The notes under the pieces are model-generated. The model saw nothing but the letters and a program-made list of their open reading frames with translations, was not told the origin of the DNA and made no database searches. Positions 1-12,954 of a stretch of 64,000 bases of DNA are shown here, in pieces. Source of the stretch: Felis catus. Taxonomy: Eukaryota. The stretch's first letter is position 1, and every line of letters starts with the position of its first letter. The stretch lies in NCBI RefSeq assembly GCF_018350175.1, contig NC_058373.1, forward strand, positions 107,448,001 through 107,512,000, read 5' to 3'. The translations under genes were made by a program, and so were the position numbers.

Positions 1-205
1 AATCTTGGCTGTGTTTTTGCTTGATTACAATAAACCTGGTCAAGTTAGTTAATCATTCAGTGTCTTTGTTTCCTCCTTTATAAAATAGATATAATCATAG
101 CACCTATCTTAAAGGGTTGTTTTGAGGTTGTTTTGGTTAAATAATATATGTAGAGCCCTAGATTACTGACTGGGAGAATATGAAAATTATAATATGGAAA
201 GTCTA

Positions 206-407
206 GGGGCGCCTGGGTGGCGCAGTCGGTTAAGCGTCCGACTTCAGCCAGGTCACGATCTTGCGGTCCGTGAGTTCGAGCCCCGCGTCAGGCTCTGGGC
301 TGATGGCTCAGAGCCTGGAGCCTGTTTCCGATTCTGTGTCTCCCTCTCTCTCTGCCCCTCCCCCGTTCATGCTCTGTCTCTCTCTGTCCCAAAAATAAAT
401 AAACGTT
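206..407 (+). mobile_element. Young felid Can-SINE
   Basis: ggggcgcctgggtggcgcagtcgg head, CT-rich body, aataaa; TSD gaaagtcta (197-205, 408-416). Confidence 0.95.
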
Positions 408-768
408 GAAAGTCTATGTTTGGAATCTGTTTGTATTAGGTATACTGTTTTTAGATCTATTGAGTTTTCCTACTTTTCCTTTCTCACCCTTCCTAATTTG
501 ATCAAATAAGGGTATCAATTCATTGATAAATGGTTGTAAGGCCATTCTTCCTTATAGTTTTGGGGTTAGTTAAGTGTTAGCATTTGCTTTCTAATTATTG
601 AAATGTATAGTTTATCTTTGAGGAAAACTGCTATGGTTTTGTAATGTTTTGAAATAGACAAAGTAGCAGGTGAGAAGTTTTGTCCCAATGATTTCATTTG
701 TGCTGTTAACAAAACCCTGGGGGAAATCATAGGTAAGAATTTAAGGAACGTAGAATTATCAGTAAATA

Positions 769-1332
769 CCACTACTGGGTATTTACCCAAAGAAAACAAA
801 AACACTAATTTGAAAGATAAATGCACCCCATGTGTATTTCAGCATCACTTATAATAACCAAGATACGGAAGCAGTCCATGTGCCTGTCCATAGATAAGTG
901 AACAGAGAAGGTGTGTGTTTGTGTGTGTGTGTGTATGCATGTGCGTGTGTGCGTGTTTGTGCAGTGGAATATTACTCAGCCATAAAAAGAATGAAATCTT
1001 GCCATTTGCTGCAACGACATGAATGGACCTCGAGAGTACAGTGCTAAGTGAAGTAAGTCAGTCAGAGAAAGACAAATACCATATGATTTCACTCATGTGG
1101 AATTTAAGAAACAAAAGAAATGAACAAGCAAATTTAAAGAGAGATAAACAAAAAATCTGACTCTTAAATACAGAGAATAAATTGGTGGTTGCCAAAGGGT
1201 AGGTGGGAGGGGTGAAATAGAGAATCATGAGTACACTTGAATAACACTGAGTAATGTATAGAATTGTTGTATCATTATATTGTATGCCTGAAACTAATAT
1301 AACACTGTATGTTAATAATTCTTCAATTAAGA
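769..1332 (+). mobile_element. L1 3' fragment
   Basis: ctgggtatttacccaaag...ggaatattactcagccataaaaaagaatgaaatcttgccatttgc L1 3' motifs. Confidence 0.85.
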
Positions 1333-1491
1333 GGGGTGCCTGGGTGACTCAGTCACTTAAGCGCCTGACTTCGGCTCAGGTCATGATCTCGCGGTTCATG
1401 GGTTTGAGCCCTGTGTCTGGCTCTGTGCGGACAGCTCAGAGCCTGGAGCCTGTGTCTCCCTGTGTCTGTGCCCCTCTTCTGCTTGCGCACA

Positions 1492-1531
<40 letters not shown>

Positions 1532-1550
1532 AATAAATAAACATTAAAAA
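1333..1550 (+). mobile_element. Can-SINE
   Basis: SINE head, (CT)n, A tail; TSD aataattcttca(a/g)ttaaga. Confidence 0.93.
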
Positions 1551-2419
1551 AATAATTCTTCAGTTAAGAAAAATGAAAAAATAACTATGCTAGCCCTGAA
1601 ACAATAACTTAAGGAACAATGTGAAGAAAAAAGGTGAGGGTGTATGGTTGACAATTCCCCACTTATTTGTTTAATGACAGTTTTAGTTGTCAGAAGAGGA
1701 GATGATACTTCCTTCCTTTGTTATTTTAATAAAAAGCAGAATCACAGCTAAAACATGGATTTCAGCAATCCAGTAGCTTTTGACAGTCTGCAACCCTCCT
1801 CATAAGTTTGTTGTGTTCCCTTGTTTACTTCCCTGCTCTAGAGCTGTGCTGAGATAGTCCTTAAAGAAGCTCTGTCCTGCCCGATGGTACCTTGGATGTA
1901 GAAGTTTGTCACTTTATTGGTTCCCCAAAAAGTCTTCTCACATGTTCTTGAAGATTTAAGGGTTAAAAAGGAAGGATCATATCACCTACTTGAAACTATG
2001 ATCTTGTGTCACTCTGTTGGATTTACATCTCTCTCTTTTGCTTTTTTCTCTTTCTGTTACCTAAACAAGTTCCTTCCCTTACCTCGTGGGAGGCTCTTAC
2101 TCCCACATTTAAGTGCTGTTGGGTAGGGCATGGTGTTTTACCTTTTTTCTCCAGTGTATCAAGGGTTTCTGTTTAAGCAAATAAAGAGTACAAACAAATA
2201 GAGTAATGCTTTGCCTGAAAAAAATCCTAGTGGAGTAGAATTTTCTGTACCTTAGTACATTTTTATTTGTGTTTGTTTATTAGGTTTTTTTTGTTTTGTT
2301 TTTGTACATTAGGTGGTAAGAAAATTAAGGCATAGGTTTGGGGGAGGCAGTGGAGTTGCCATGGTTAGTAGGTTCTAAACCTTACTGTATCATGTATTAG
2401 TTATAGAACATTTTACAAG

Positions 2420-2580
2420 TGGCTTGACCTCTCTAAGTCTCTGTTTCCTCAAATCTAAAATGAGGAATATAATAGCTTCTTTGTAGGGCTGGTGTGTGGA
2501 GCAAATGAGATAAGACTGTTAAGGGGCTTAGTACAATACGGAGCATATAGTAAGCCCTTAAGCAATGATGACTGTTCTTG
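2420..2580 (+). mobile_element. MIR (degenerate)
   Basis: Core acctctctaagtctctgtttcctcaaatctaaaatgagg. Confidence 0.65.
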
Positions 2581-3519
2581 CTGTTGTTATCACCACCACC
2601 ACCGTCCAGTTCTCCTGCTGTACTTACTGCAATTAGATAGTCATCTTCTTTAAAAGGAAAGCATTTGGTTAAATGCTTTAAGCATCTACTCTTTGATACC
2701 AGCAAAAAAATATGTGTGCCAAATTATCTTAGGTTATGATGTAATAAGAATATGTAGTTCTGATTTGTAAAAACCAAATTGTATACTGTTTTTTTCTGGT
2801 TTTTCACTTGGGTGTTTATTAAAGTCTTACAGTTTATCATATATATTGCAGAAAATTTAAGTGAATTTTAAATTAATCTCAGAAATCATCTAGGCAATTG
2901 TTATCTCTTCCCTATTCCCCCCCACTCCCCCCTCCCCCCCCCCTTTTTTTTTATCCAGTTAGGACCACTATATCTAATAAAACATATTCTGTTGAAGAGG
3001 AAGGATTGTTTGTGTTACACAGTTGGTGGCTACTTTCTAGGCAGGTGCCTTTTTTTTTAAACATTGCAATTAATATTAAAATACTTTATGTAAAGTACAA
3101 GAATGCACTTCTATGTGGCATTGATGAAAAGTTGTCATTTTGGTTCTTAGTGATATTCACTTTGGATTAGTTTAAGGAAATGGAAACTTTTTCAGATGCG
3201 TTGCTGTTATTCCCGTTAATCATGAAGTAGTATCTTTTATTTTTCTGTATTTTTAATTCATTTAACAAATACTGGGAGTGTATTTGTGGATACATGATGT
3301 ATTTGACATTGTGAAAAATTCAAGGATATATTAGACCTGGCTTCTGCTCTCAGAGCTTTCAGACTAGTCACATAAGTAAGTAAGTAAAAGAAAAACTGGA
3401 AAGTGAAGAGAGCCATGAGAAAGTAAATAAAGAGTACTCTTGGGGTTCAGAGAAGTGAATGAGGAAGAGGAACTAATTTTGAGCATACAGAGTCCTAATT
3501 CCTAACATGGAATACCAAA

Positions 3520-3720
3520 TATGCCTGCTCTTTGCCAGACACTGTATTAGGCATTTATATTACATTAATCCATTTCACAACAACCCTACGATGTGTAGGT
3601 AAATTATCACTGTTTTATAGTTAAGGAGACAGGGCTTAAAGATAATTTGTCAAAGTCACAGAGCTTTGGAAATAAGATTTAAAGCTACAATTGTCTGATT
3701 CCAAAATTTATATTCTTTCT
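3520..3720 (-). mobile_element. MIR (degenerate)
   Basis: tgccagacactgtattaggc...cacaacaaccctacg...aagtcacagagct. Confidence 0.6.
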
Positions 3721-5541
3721 ATTCTTTGGAAGAGATACAGGTAAGCTTACAAGTTTTTTTCAGGAATTTCAACTGGAAATAGGTAGATTTTGACATGCAA
3801 AACTGAGAAAGTTAAGGGAAACCAGTAGAGCATAAATGGCAAACGTCAGTATTGAAGCTTGGATGCAGAATTGCTTGCAGAAAAGGGAATAGTGGAAGGT
3901 AAGGTACAAAAAGGTTGGAATTCGATAGTGTCAGGTTGAGGAATTTGAAATTTACTAGTCTTGGAATACCACCAATCTTATGGTTAGTACTGTTTTATAA
4001 TATGGAGGTAAGTCATCCTTGTATTTATTTAATACTGCTTAGTAGAAGATTTAGAGAATATGGGGAGGCAAAGAATGAATCACAGAATTTTATAGAAAAA
4101 AGGGACCTTAGACATCATTTCTCTCAAAATCATTAGAGACAAAGAAATTGAGGTCTCAAAGGGTTATGATGTGTTGAAATCATTGAGTGCAGTGAATTAG
4201 AGTTGTATCCAAGGGTGAGAACAAAAATATGAAGAATAAGTTAACATTCTTTGATTAAAATAAGTTTTAAAAACAAGTGAGAAAGATGAAGAGAATGGTA
4301 CTATTTCAAGCAGGCATGCTGTCATTTGCTTTACTTGGTAATTTGAAAAGTAATATATACTTTGATACAAGGTTTAATTCATTGATTATTTTCAGGAAGG
4401 AATCTAGGAAGAAGACGTAAGTTTGTTTACATCAGTCTCGCATTATCACCGCTCCTTTTATATTTCATAAGTTTCTTCTCTGTACATATGTTATAGCATG
4501 GAGGAAGAGAAGCAAAGCAAAAATAAAGCAAAAAAATAAAAGTAAAATCCTAAATGCTATTTTTTATGTTGTTTACAACTCTGTCCATTTTGATTCCTTT
4601 TTGTTTTCTCTTTTAAACCCAACAGATGTTATTAGGTGGTCAAAAATAGGTATCAAAACAGAATGGCATGAAAAGAGAAAATGACAAATGATGAAGAAAT
4701 GCCAGGAATAATACAAATCAGAGTAGGAGGAGAAATGAGAAAGCAGTATATTCTATATCATAGATTTTTGGCCCTCACAAATGTTGCTGTTTTCAAACTG
4801 TATAGGATACAGTTATTAGATTTGAAAGTTACTGTAAAGGAGAAAGTTTACATTCAAGATTTCTTATTTATCTGAATTCAGTGACTAGATAGACTTCTAA
4901 TAAGATATCTAAAAGGATGCCCTTAAAAATTGAGTTCTTCCTTATTCTTTCTCACAAGTCTCTTCAACATTACAAAATGTGAAAAATGGTCAAAATTAGA
5001 ACAGATTGTCTGAGAACCTCAACTTTTCAAAAAAATATTTAATGTGAGTTTTGAACTTGTAATTTATTGCTTCTGTTGAATAATTTAAACTCTATGTAGT
5101 TTTAAGAGCATAATGCAACTTTTGCCATCTAGTGATAATATTTGAATTATTTCTTTAAAATTTTCCAGGAAATGCCTTTGTTAAGTACTGATAATTTTAC
5201 AATATTCCTGTTAGTTTCATAGTATATAGAAATTTTGTTTTATTTCTGGTTTTTATAGTATGTAGTACGTGGTGTGATTGTTTTATGTGATGTTTAAATA
5301 ATAAACAATATTGAATTTAACAAGTTAAAACTTTGTTCAGTTGTATAACTGCTTTATATCTCATTTGAAAATATTTCTCTGTCTGGTCCCTTTTCCCTTG
5401 ATCTCTTAGTTCCTGTGATTTGGGTAATACAACTGACTAGGATACTCTCAGTAAAATAGTTTAAAATGTAAAGTTACTTTTTTGTAGCTAGAATGATGAA
5501 GCGAAACTTTGTTTCTCTTAAAGATTTCCATTGTTAAAACA

Positions 5542-5762
5542 GGGGCGCTTGGGTGGCTCAGTTGGTTAAGCATCCGACCTCAGTTGAGGTCATGATCTCA
5601 TGGTTCATGAGTTCACACCCCACGTCAGGCTCTGTGCTGATAGTTTAGAGCCTGGAGCCTGCTTCGGATTCTGTGTCTCTCTCTGTCTCTGCCCCTCCCT
5701 GACTAATACTCTCTCTCTCTCTCTCTCTCTCTCAAAAATAAATAAACATTAAAAAAAAAAAA
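5542..5762 (+). mobile_element. Can-SINE
   Basis: Typical head, (CT)n, poly(A). Confidence 0.93.
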
Positions 5763-6405
5763 GATTCTGGTAAGGTATAAAAGCATTATATTATTTAATT
5801 ACTCACTTAGTTGAGTTTGAAAAACAGCATAGTATTTTTAAAAGTCAATAAATGAAAGCTGCTTCTGTATTTAAAGGTAGGGAGTGGTTGTTCAAATTTT
5901 CTTTCCACATGCCGCTAAAAACTTCTTAAGCTGATGAAAATACTTTTAGGTGAACAGACTCATAATTAGAATGGTTTGTGTGATTGAAATGATTGTTATT
6001 AAATTGTCTGTCTTAAAGAGTTCAGCCAAAATGGTACATCTGTCTTCATTCAACAATTGCTACTTATTCTTAATCCACTAGTAACAGTATATGGAAACTG
6101 GTTATTCTGGATATTTTCTATCTTGTTCTCAAGCAGTGACCAGAAGCAAAATGCTATAACTTGTTGAGGATTTATAAGCTTTATCATCAATACCAAAATC
6201 AGATCGATGTTGGCCTAATCAGTTGTAGAGTGTTGGGAAGTGGAGCCGTGGTGTAATTCCTCACTTTTTTTTTTTTTTTTTTACCCCAACCTGGGCTTTT
6301 TTAGTTTTAATTAAAATAGTGCTATTTAAATAGTAGTCCTGCAGTCCTGGCATTTGTTTTTCTACCAGCACTGCATAAGACAATCTGTGACAACTGTCAA
6401 AATGT

Positions 6406-6442
<37 letters not shown>

Positions 6443-6490
6443 GCTTGATTTGGATACTTAAGAGTCTCTGGTTTGGGGCTATTTTCTTTT

Positions 6491-7978
6491 CTTTTTTTTA
6501 GATTTTATTTAAAACCAAGTTAATTAACATGTAGTTATGGTTTTATGTGTAGAATTTAGTGATTCATCATTTGCATATAACACCCAGTGCTCATTTCAAC
6601 AAGTGTCGTCCTTAATGCCCATGACCCATTTAGCCCATCCCCTCACCCAACACCCTTCTAGCAACCCTGTTTGTTTTCTGTATTTAAGAGTCTCTTATGG
6701 TTTGCTTCCCTCTCTGTTTTTATCTTATTTTTCCTTCCCTTCCCCATGTTCATCTGTTGGGTTCTTAAATTCCACATATAAGTGAAATCATATGATATTT
6801 ATTTTTGACTTATTTCACTTAGTATAATACATTCGAGTTCCATCCATGTTGTTGCAAATGGCAAGATTTCATTCTTTTTCATTGCTAATATTCCACTGTA
6901 TATCTACACTACATCTTCTTTATCCATTAGTCAGTCTGTAGACATTTGGGCTCTTTCCATAATTTGGCTATTTTTGATAGTGCTGCTATAAACATTGGGG
7001 TGCATGTATCTCTTCAAATCAGCATTTTTGTATCCTTTGAATAAATACCTACTAGTGCAATTGTTGGGTCATAGGGTAGTTTTGTTTTTAATTTTTTGAG
7101 GAATCTCCATACTGTTTTCTGGAGTGGCTGCCCCAGTTTGCATTCTCACCAGTAGTGCAAAAGGGTTCCCCTTTCTCCACATCCTCGCCAACATCTGTTG
7201 TTTGCTGAGTTGTTGATGTTAGCCATTCTCACAGATGTGAGGTGGTATCTCATTGTGATTTTGATTTGTATTTCCCTGATGATGAGCATCTTTTTATGTG
7301 TCTCTTAGCCTCTGGATGTCTCCTTTGGACAAGTGTCTGTTCATGTCTTTTGCCCATTTCTTCAAAGGATTATTTGTTTTTTTGGGTGTTGAGTTTGGTA
7401 AGTTCTTTATAGATTTTGGATGCTAACCTTTCATCTGATATGTCATTTGCAAATATTTTCTCTCAACCCATTGGTTGCTTTTACTTTGGTTTCTTTGCTA
7501 TGCAGAAGCTTTTTTTTTATTTTTTATTTAAAAAAAATTTTTTTTAATGTTTATTTATTTTTGAGACAGAGAAAGACAGAGCATGAATGGGGGAGGGGCA
7601 GAGAGAGAGGGAGACACAGAATTGGAAGCAGGCTCTAGGCTCTGAGCCATCAGCCCAGAGCCTGACGCGGGGCTCGAACTCACGAACCGTGAGATCGTGA
7701 CCTGAGCCGAAGTCGGACGCTCAACCGACTGAGCCACCCAGGCGCCCCAGCCTTTTTTTTTTTTTAATTAAAAAAATGTTTTAATATTTATTTCTGAGAG
7801 AGAAAGAGAGAGAGTGAGCATGTGCACATGTTGGAGAGGGGCAGAGAGAGAGGGAGACACAGAATCCAAAGTAGGCTCGAGCTCATGAGCTGTGAGATCC
7901 TGACCTGAGCTGAAGTCAGACGCTTAACTGACTGAGCCACCAGGCACCCTGCAGAAGCTTTTTTATCTTGATGAGATA
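6491..7978 (-). mobile_element. 5'-truncated carnivore L1 with two nested SINEs
   Basis: Antisense L1 3' end; TSD gctattttctt at ~6478 and ~7981; SINEs at ~7530-7748 and ~7765-7950 inside a duplicated gcagaagcttttt. Confidence 0.9.
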
Positions 7979-8114
7979 GAGCTATTTTCTTGTATTTGTA
8001 TTTATATTAGATGGAATTTTTAAAAAATCAGCTCAATTTTTATGAATAAAATAGTAGGCAAAATTTTGCAGTATCAGAGATCACCATGTCCATTACAATT
8101 TATTTTAGGAATAA

Positions 8115-8334
8115 AATTTTTTAATGTTTATTTATTTTGAGAGAGACAAAGAGAAGAAATGCATGCAAGCAATCAGGGGAGGGGCAGAGAGAAAAGGAGA
8201 CAGAGAATACCAAGCAGGCTCCATGCTGTCAATGTGGAGCCCACCTCAGGGCTCAATCTCATGAACCGTGAGATCATGACCTGAGCCAAGATCATGAGTC
8301 AGACGCTTAACTGACTGAGCCACCCATTTGCCCC
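8115..8334 (-). mobile_element. Can-SINE (older)
   Basis: Antisense SINE; a short plus-strand SINE follows at ~8351-8461. Confidence 0.85.
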
Positions 8335-8590
8335 TAGAATTTAATTTAAAGGGTCACCTGGTTAGTTCAGTTGGAAGACCTTGTGACTCTTAATCTTGAG
8401 ATCGTGAGTTTGAACCCCAAGTTAGGAGTAGAGATTACTTAAATAAAACTTGAAAAAAAAATTAAATTTAAAACATTCTTTTAAAAACACATATGTAATA
8501 ACAAGGGGAAAAATACCATAGCCCTAATTGAAATGAGGTTTTTAAGGCAGATAAAATTTCACTGTTCACATCATAAAACATAAATAAGTA

Positions 8591-9913
8591 CAGTAAAACC
8601 TTGGTTTGCGAGCATGATTCATTCCAGAAACATACTTGTAATCCAAAGCACTTTATATCAATGTAAATTTTCCCATAAGAAATAATGGAAGATCAGATGA
8701 TTTATTCCACAACCCCAAAATATCCATCTAAAAATGAATACAAGACTGTAATATAATACAAAATAATAAAGAAAATACAAAACATAAAGAAAATAAATTA
8801 ACTTGCACTACCTTTCAAAAACCTTTGTGGTTGGTGTGAGAGGAGGGTTATTGTGTGGGATGACTTTCAATATCACTAATGGAATCACTGCTATCTATTA
8901 TTGGCTCAATGGAATCTTTCTGCATGGGGGCTATTGTGTTTTTTTAATTAAAAAAATTTATTTATTTTTTATTTATTTTTTTAACGTTTATTTATTTTTG
9001 AGACAGGGAGAGACAGCATGAACGGGGGAGGGTCAGAGAGAAAGGGAGACACAGAATCTGAAACAGGCTCCAGGCTCTGAGCTGTCAGCACAGAGCCTGA
9101 CGCAGGGCTCGAACTCACGGACCGCGAGATCATGACCTGAGCCGAAGTCGGATGCTTAACCGACTGAGCCACCCAGGAGCCCCTAAAAAAACTTTTTTAA
9201 TGTTTATTTATTTTTGAAGGAGAGAGAGAGAGACAGAGTGTGAGTGGGGGAGGGGCAGAGAGAGAGAGAGAGAGAGACAGAATCCGAAGCAGGCTCCAGG
9301 CTCTGAGCTGTCAGCACAGAGCCCGACGCGGGGCTCAAACCCACAAACCGCGAGATTGTGACCTGAGCCGAAGTTGGACGCTCAACCGACTGAGCCACCC
9401 AGGGGCCCCTACAGGGGGGCTATTGTATATGCTTACATGGATGTTGACTGTAGTACAGTGTTAATAAACTCTTGTCATATACTGTATTTAGTGTAATTGG
9501 CAATAAGGCAGCAGAGGAAAGGGTCTATATCTGCAGGCAGCCTGACCTAGAGTGAAGGAAAACATTTCCAAGCTTACTCTTATATGGAAAAGCAAAGGAC
9601 CATCCATAGGTGCTTTGAAATGACAAAAATACACCAGTGCCAGTTGTGGGCACCTTCCAGCATTCTGAAAAATCATTGATTTCTGCCAAACACTGCAATC
9701 TGAGACCGAGCATCAAGCATGGGAGATGGTAACCCACAATTCCACAGCGAGAGAAGAGCCATTGCCTCAGTTGTGATCATGTGATGTTCTGCATCATGTA
9801 CTACTCGTTATTGCAAGACATTGCTTGCTTATCAAGTTAAAATTTATTAGAAATGTTTGCTTGTCTTGTGGAACACTCACAGAACAAGTTACTTGCAATC
9901 CAAGGTTTTACTG
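8591..9913. mobile_element. Tigger/pogo-like DNA transposon, copy 1, with two nested SINEs (~8960-9183, ~9190-9409)
   Basis: TIRs cagtaaaaccttgg / ccaaggttttactg flanked by TA dinucleotides. Confidence 0.88.
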
Positions 9914-9953
9914 TACATGCTATCCTTCATTATCCTTAAGTAGAAAAATAATA

Positions 9954-10172
9954 GGAGCTCCTGGGTGGCTCAGTCGGTTAAGCGTCAGACTCCAGCTCAG
10001 GTCATGATCTCATGGTCTCTGGGTTCGAGCCCGCATCGGGCTCTCAGATGACAGCTTAGAGCCTGGAGCCTGCTTTGGTTCTCTGTCTCCCTATCTGCCC
10101 TTCCCCTTCTCATGCTCTGTCACTCACTTGCTCTCTCTGTCTCTCAAAAATAAATAAATAAACTTTAAAAAA
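9954..10172 (+). mobile_element. Can-SINE
   Basis: SINE head and tail; TSD agaaaaataata. Confidence 0.9.
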
Positions 10173-10929
10173 TGTTTTAAGAAAAATAATAATTATCATC
10201 TGTTTATTCATCTCATGTTAATATTGAAAGGTTTTTGTCATGTTATTCAAGGAGCACACACAGGAGAGAACCTTAGTACTTTTCATAAAGCTGATGGGAG
10301 GCACTGGGGAGGAGGTTGTCTGCAGACAGGGTCCATGACAGCAGCAAGACATCTCTTTACCTTCTTTATTAGTAAATCTTCCATGCATATAGGAGTCAGG
10401 GTCATGGGTAAACTTTGGTGCTTTTACCCACATAATCATCCCAGCAGAAACTCTGTCATTGCTCTTACAGAGCTCTGAATATTCATTAGTTTTTCATAAT
10501 CCCAAATATTCCAATTTTCACTTGTTCCTGAAATTTATAACCTTGATTATCAGTATTTAACATTTATCTTTCTACTTTATTTATATTAAGGATAATTAAG
10601 TTTTCAAGATTTTAATAGCATAGAATGTAGTTATAAATGAGATGCCACGAATAAATTTTTGTTAGTAATTTTTAACTGCAAATATAATAGCCTGATTACC
10701 TAAGATGCACTAAGTGAGAAGCCTGTGATTTCAGAAGGCCATAAATTCCAAGGACTGAGCTCGTTGACTCTTTTGATTCCTACTATTCCAAATGGTACAT
10801 ATGACACTTTTATAAACAGTGACCTTCACTTAAATACAGTCTTTCCCTACTCTATACTGAATATTGTAAAGGCCCAAAATAAAAATTTGGTAGGTTTGGG
10901 AAATGCTTTCTCCAAATGTAGTCCTTTTT

Positions 10930-11720
10930 TTTAAAGTTGTGATTTAAATTCTAGTTTTAAATATTAGTAATATTTAAATATTAGGGTAATACTCACTTCA
11001 GGTGTACAATATAGTACAATATAGTGATTCAACACTTTTATATATCACTCAGTGCTCATCACAACAAGTGCACTCTTTAATCCCCATTACTTAACCTATC
11101 CCCCACCTAGCTCCCCTCTGGTAACCATTAGTTTATTCTCTGCAGTTAAGAGTCTGTTTCTTGGTTTGCCTCTCTCTTTTTTCACCTTGAGATCATTTGT
11201 TTCTTACATTCTGCATCAAAGTGAAATCATATGGAATTTGTCTTTCTCTGACTTACTTTGCTTAGCATAATACTCTTTAGCTCCATGCACATCATTGCAA
11301 ATGGCAAGCTTTCATTCTTTCTTTACGGCTGAGTAATATTCTATTGTGTATATACACATCTTCTTTATCCATTCATCAGTCAGTGGACACTTACTTTGGC
11401 TGTTTCCATGATTTGGCTATTGTGAATATTAAGTTATTTATTGACAGATACTAGTTTAACCTGCTGCTATTGTAGATAATGCTGTTATAAACATAGGGGT
11501 GCATATATCTTTGAATTAGTATTTTTGTATCCTTTGGGTAAATACCTAGTAGTGCAATTGCTGGACCGTAGGGTAGTTCTATTTTTAACTTTTTGAGGAA
11601 CCTCCATACTGTTTTCCAGAGTGGCTGCACCAGTTTGGATTCCCACCAACAATGCAAGAGGGTTCTCCTTTCCCCACATCCTCACCAACAAGAATCTTGT
11701 GCTGTTGACTTTAGCCATCC
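10930..11720 (-). mobile_element. L1 3' fragment
   Basis: ORF 11451..11657 ([29 protein letters not shown]) is the L1 ORF2 C-terminus. Confidence 0.92.
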
Positions 11721-12189
11721 AAATGTTCTCTTGAAGTACTACCTGCAAAGAAGTCAAAGATGATTTTATTTTAGTAATGTGATTTAAGCCTTTTGTAGAG
11801 ATACTAATAAAAATTCATTTCCTGGGGGGAAAACGGCAACAGAAACACTAAATGGCAAATAAGTAGCATATATTTTAAATTGAAATAATAATTCAGAAGG
11901 GTATATTATTGTTTTAATCTTTTACTATGTAGGGCAAAAAGAAAAAAGAAATAGAGCTATATTTTTTATTTATTTATTTATTTTTTATTGAGATAGAGTA
12001 CGAGTGGGGGCGGGAGGCAGAGGGAGAGAAAGAATCTTAAGCTCCTATGCTTAGCATAGAGCTTGACACAGGCCTTGATCCCACAATTGACTTGAGCCAA
12101 AATCAAAGGTTTGGATGTTTAACCAACTGAGCCACCCAGATACCCTTGGTTGTTTTTGTTTTTGTTTTTTAATGAATTACTATTTGATA

Positions 12190-12561
12190 TCTGTGCTAGC
12201 CAGAAGTCAAATTATGAATACTTTGTTTGGACACATCAGTATACCTTTTCCCTGTTCCCTTTGAAGTAGTAGTCCACATGAATTGCTTCTGCCGATGAAA
12301 TAAGAGTTAAAGAGTGAAACCTTTCATGGCTGTGTAAGTTTCTTTGTATTCTCTTCCTCCTGGTTTAGTAATCTTCAAAGCAATTGAGGTGGGGTCTCCA
12401 CCAAACTGGGTCCCTAAATGACTATGATGAGTAGCACTTCCCTTTGTGACCTACATTAGACAGATAGTGTTAGTAAGCAATATGCCTCTGTTATATTAAG
12501 CCACTGAAATTTAGGGATTATTCATTACTACTGCAGAACTGAACCTATCCTAATTGGTAAC
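12190..12561 (+). mobile_element. MaLR MLT1-like LTR (degenerate)
   Basis: 3' end ttaagccactgaaatttaggga...cctatcctaattggtaaca typical of MLT1. Confidence 0.6.
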
Positions 12562-12954
12562 AATGCGTTTTTCAATAGAATTCAGTTGTAAGACACTTGA
12601 TTACAGTGAATATTAAATTATTTATTGACAGATATGGTTTTAACCTGCTGCTAGTCTCTTATTTTGTCATTTGACTTTCCATAATTTTTTTTTTTAAGAT
12701 TTTAAGTAATCTCTATACCCAGTGTGGGTCCTGAACCCACAACCCCGAGATGAAGAGTTGCATACTCTACCGATTTGAAGAGTTGCAGGCACCACTTTTT
12801 GACTTTCCATAAATTTATGTTAATGGAATAAGAACCATGTGTGTTTATAAATCAACTTGTGTGATTCTTCCAATGGATGTTGAACATAGAATTCACCTTT
12901 GAAGTTTAACTACTGTAGATCTGTGAGCCACTTTATAAATTGCTACTGGAAATA

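Noticed and set aside
194..409. Recurrent ORFs like GAPGWRSRLSVRLQ / MAQSVKRPTSAQV across the window
   Set aside because: Translations of Can-SINE bodies, not a gene family
2910..2952. C-run / potential minus-strand G-quadruplex
   Set aside because: Simple homopolymer tract without supporting context
8351..8461. tRNA-like sequence with A/B boxes
   Set aside because: Has an A-rich tail and SINE-type head; short old Can-SINE rather than a tRNA gene
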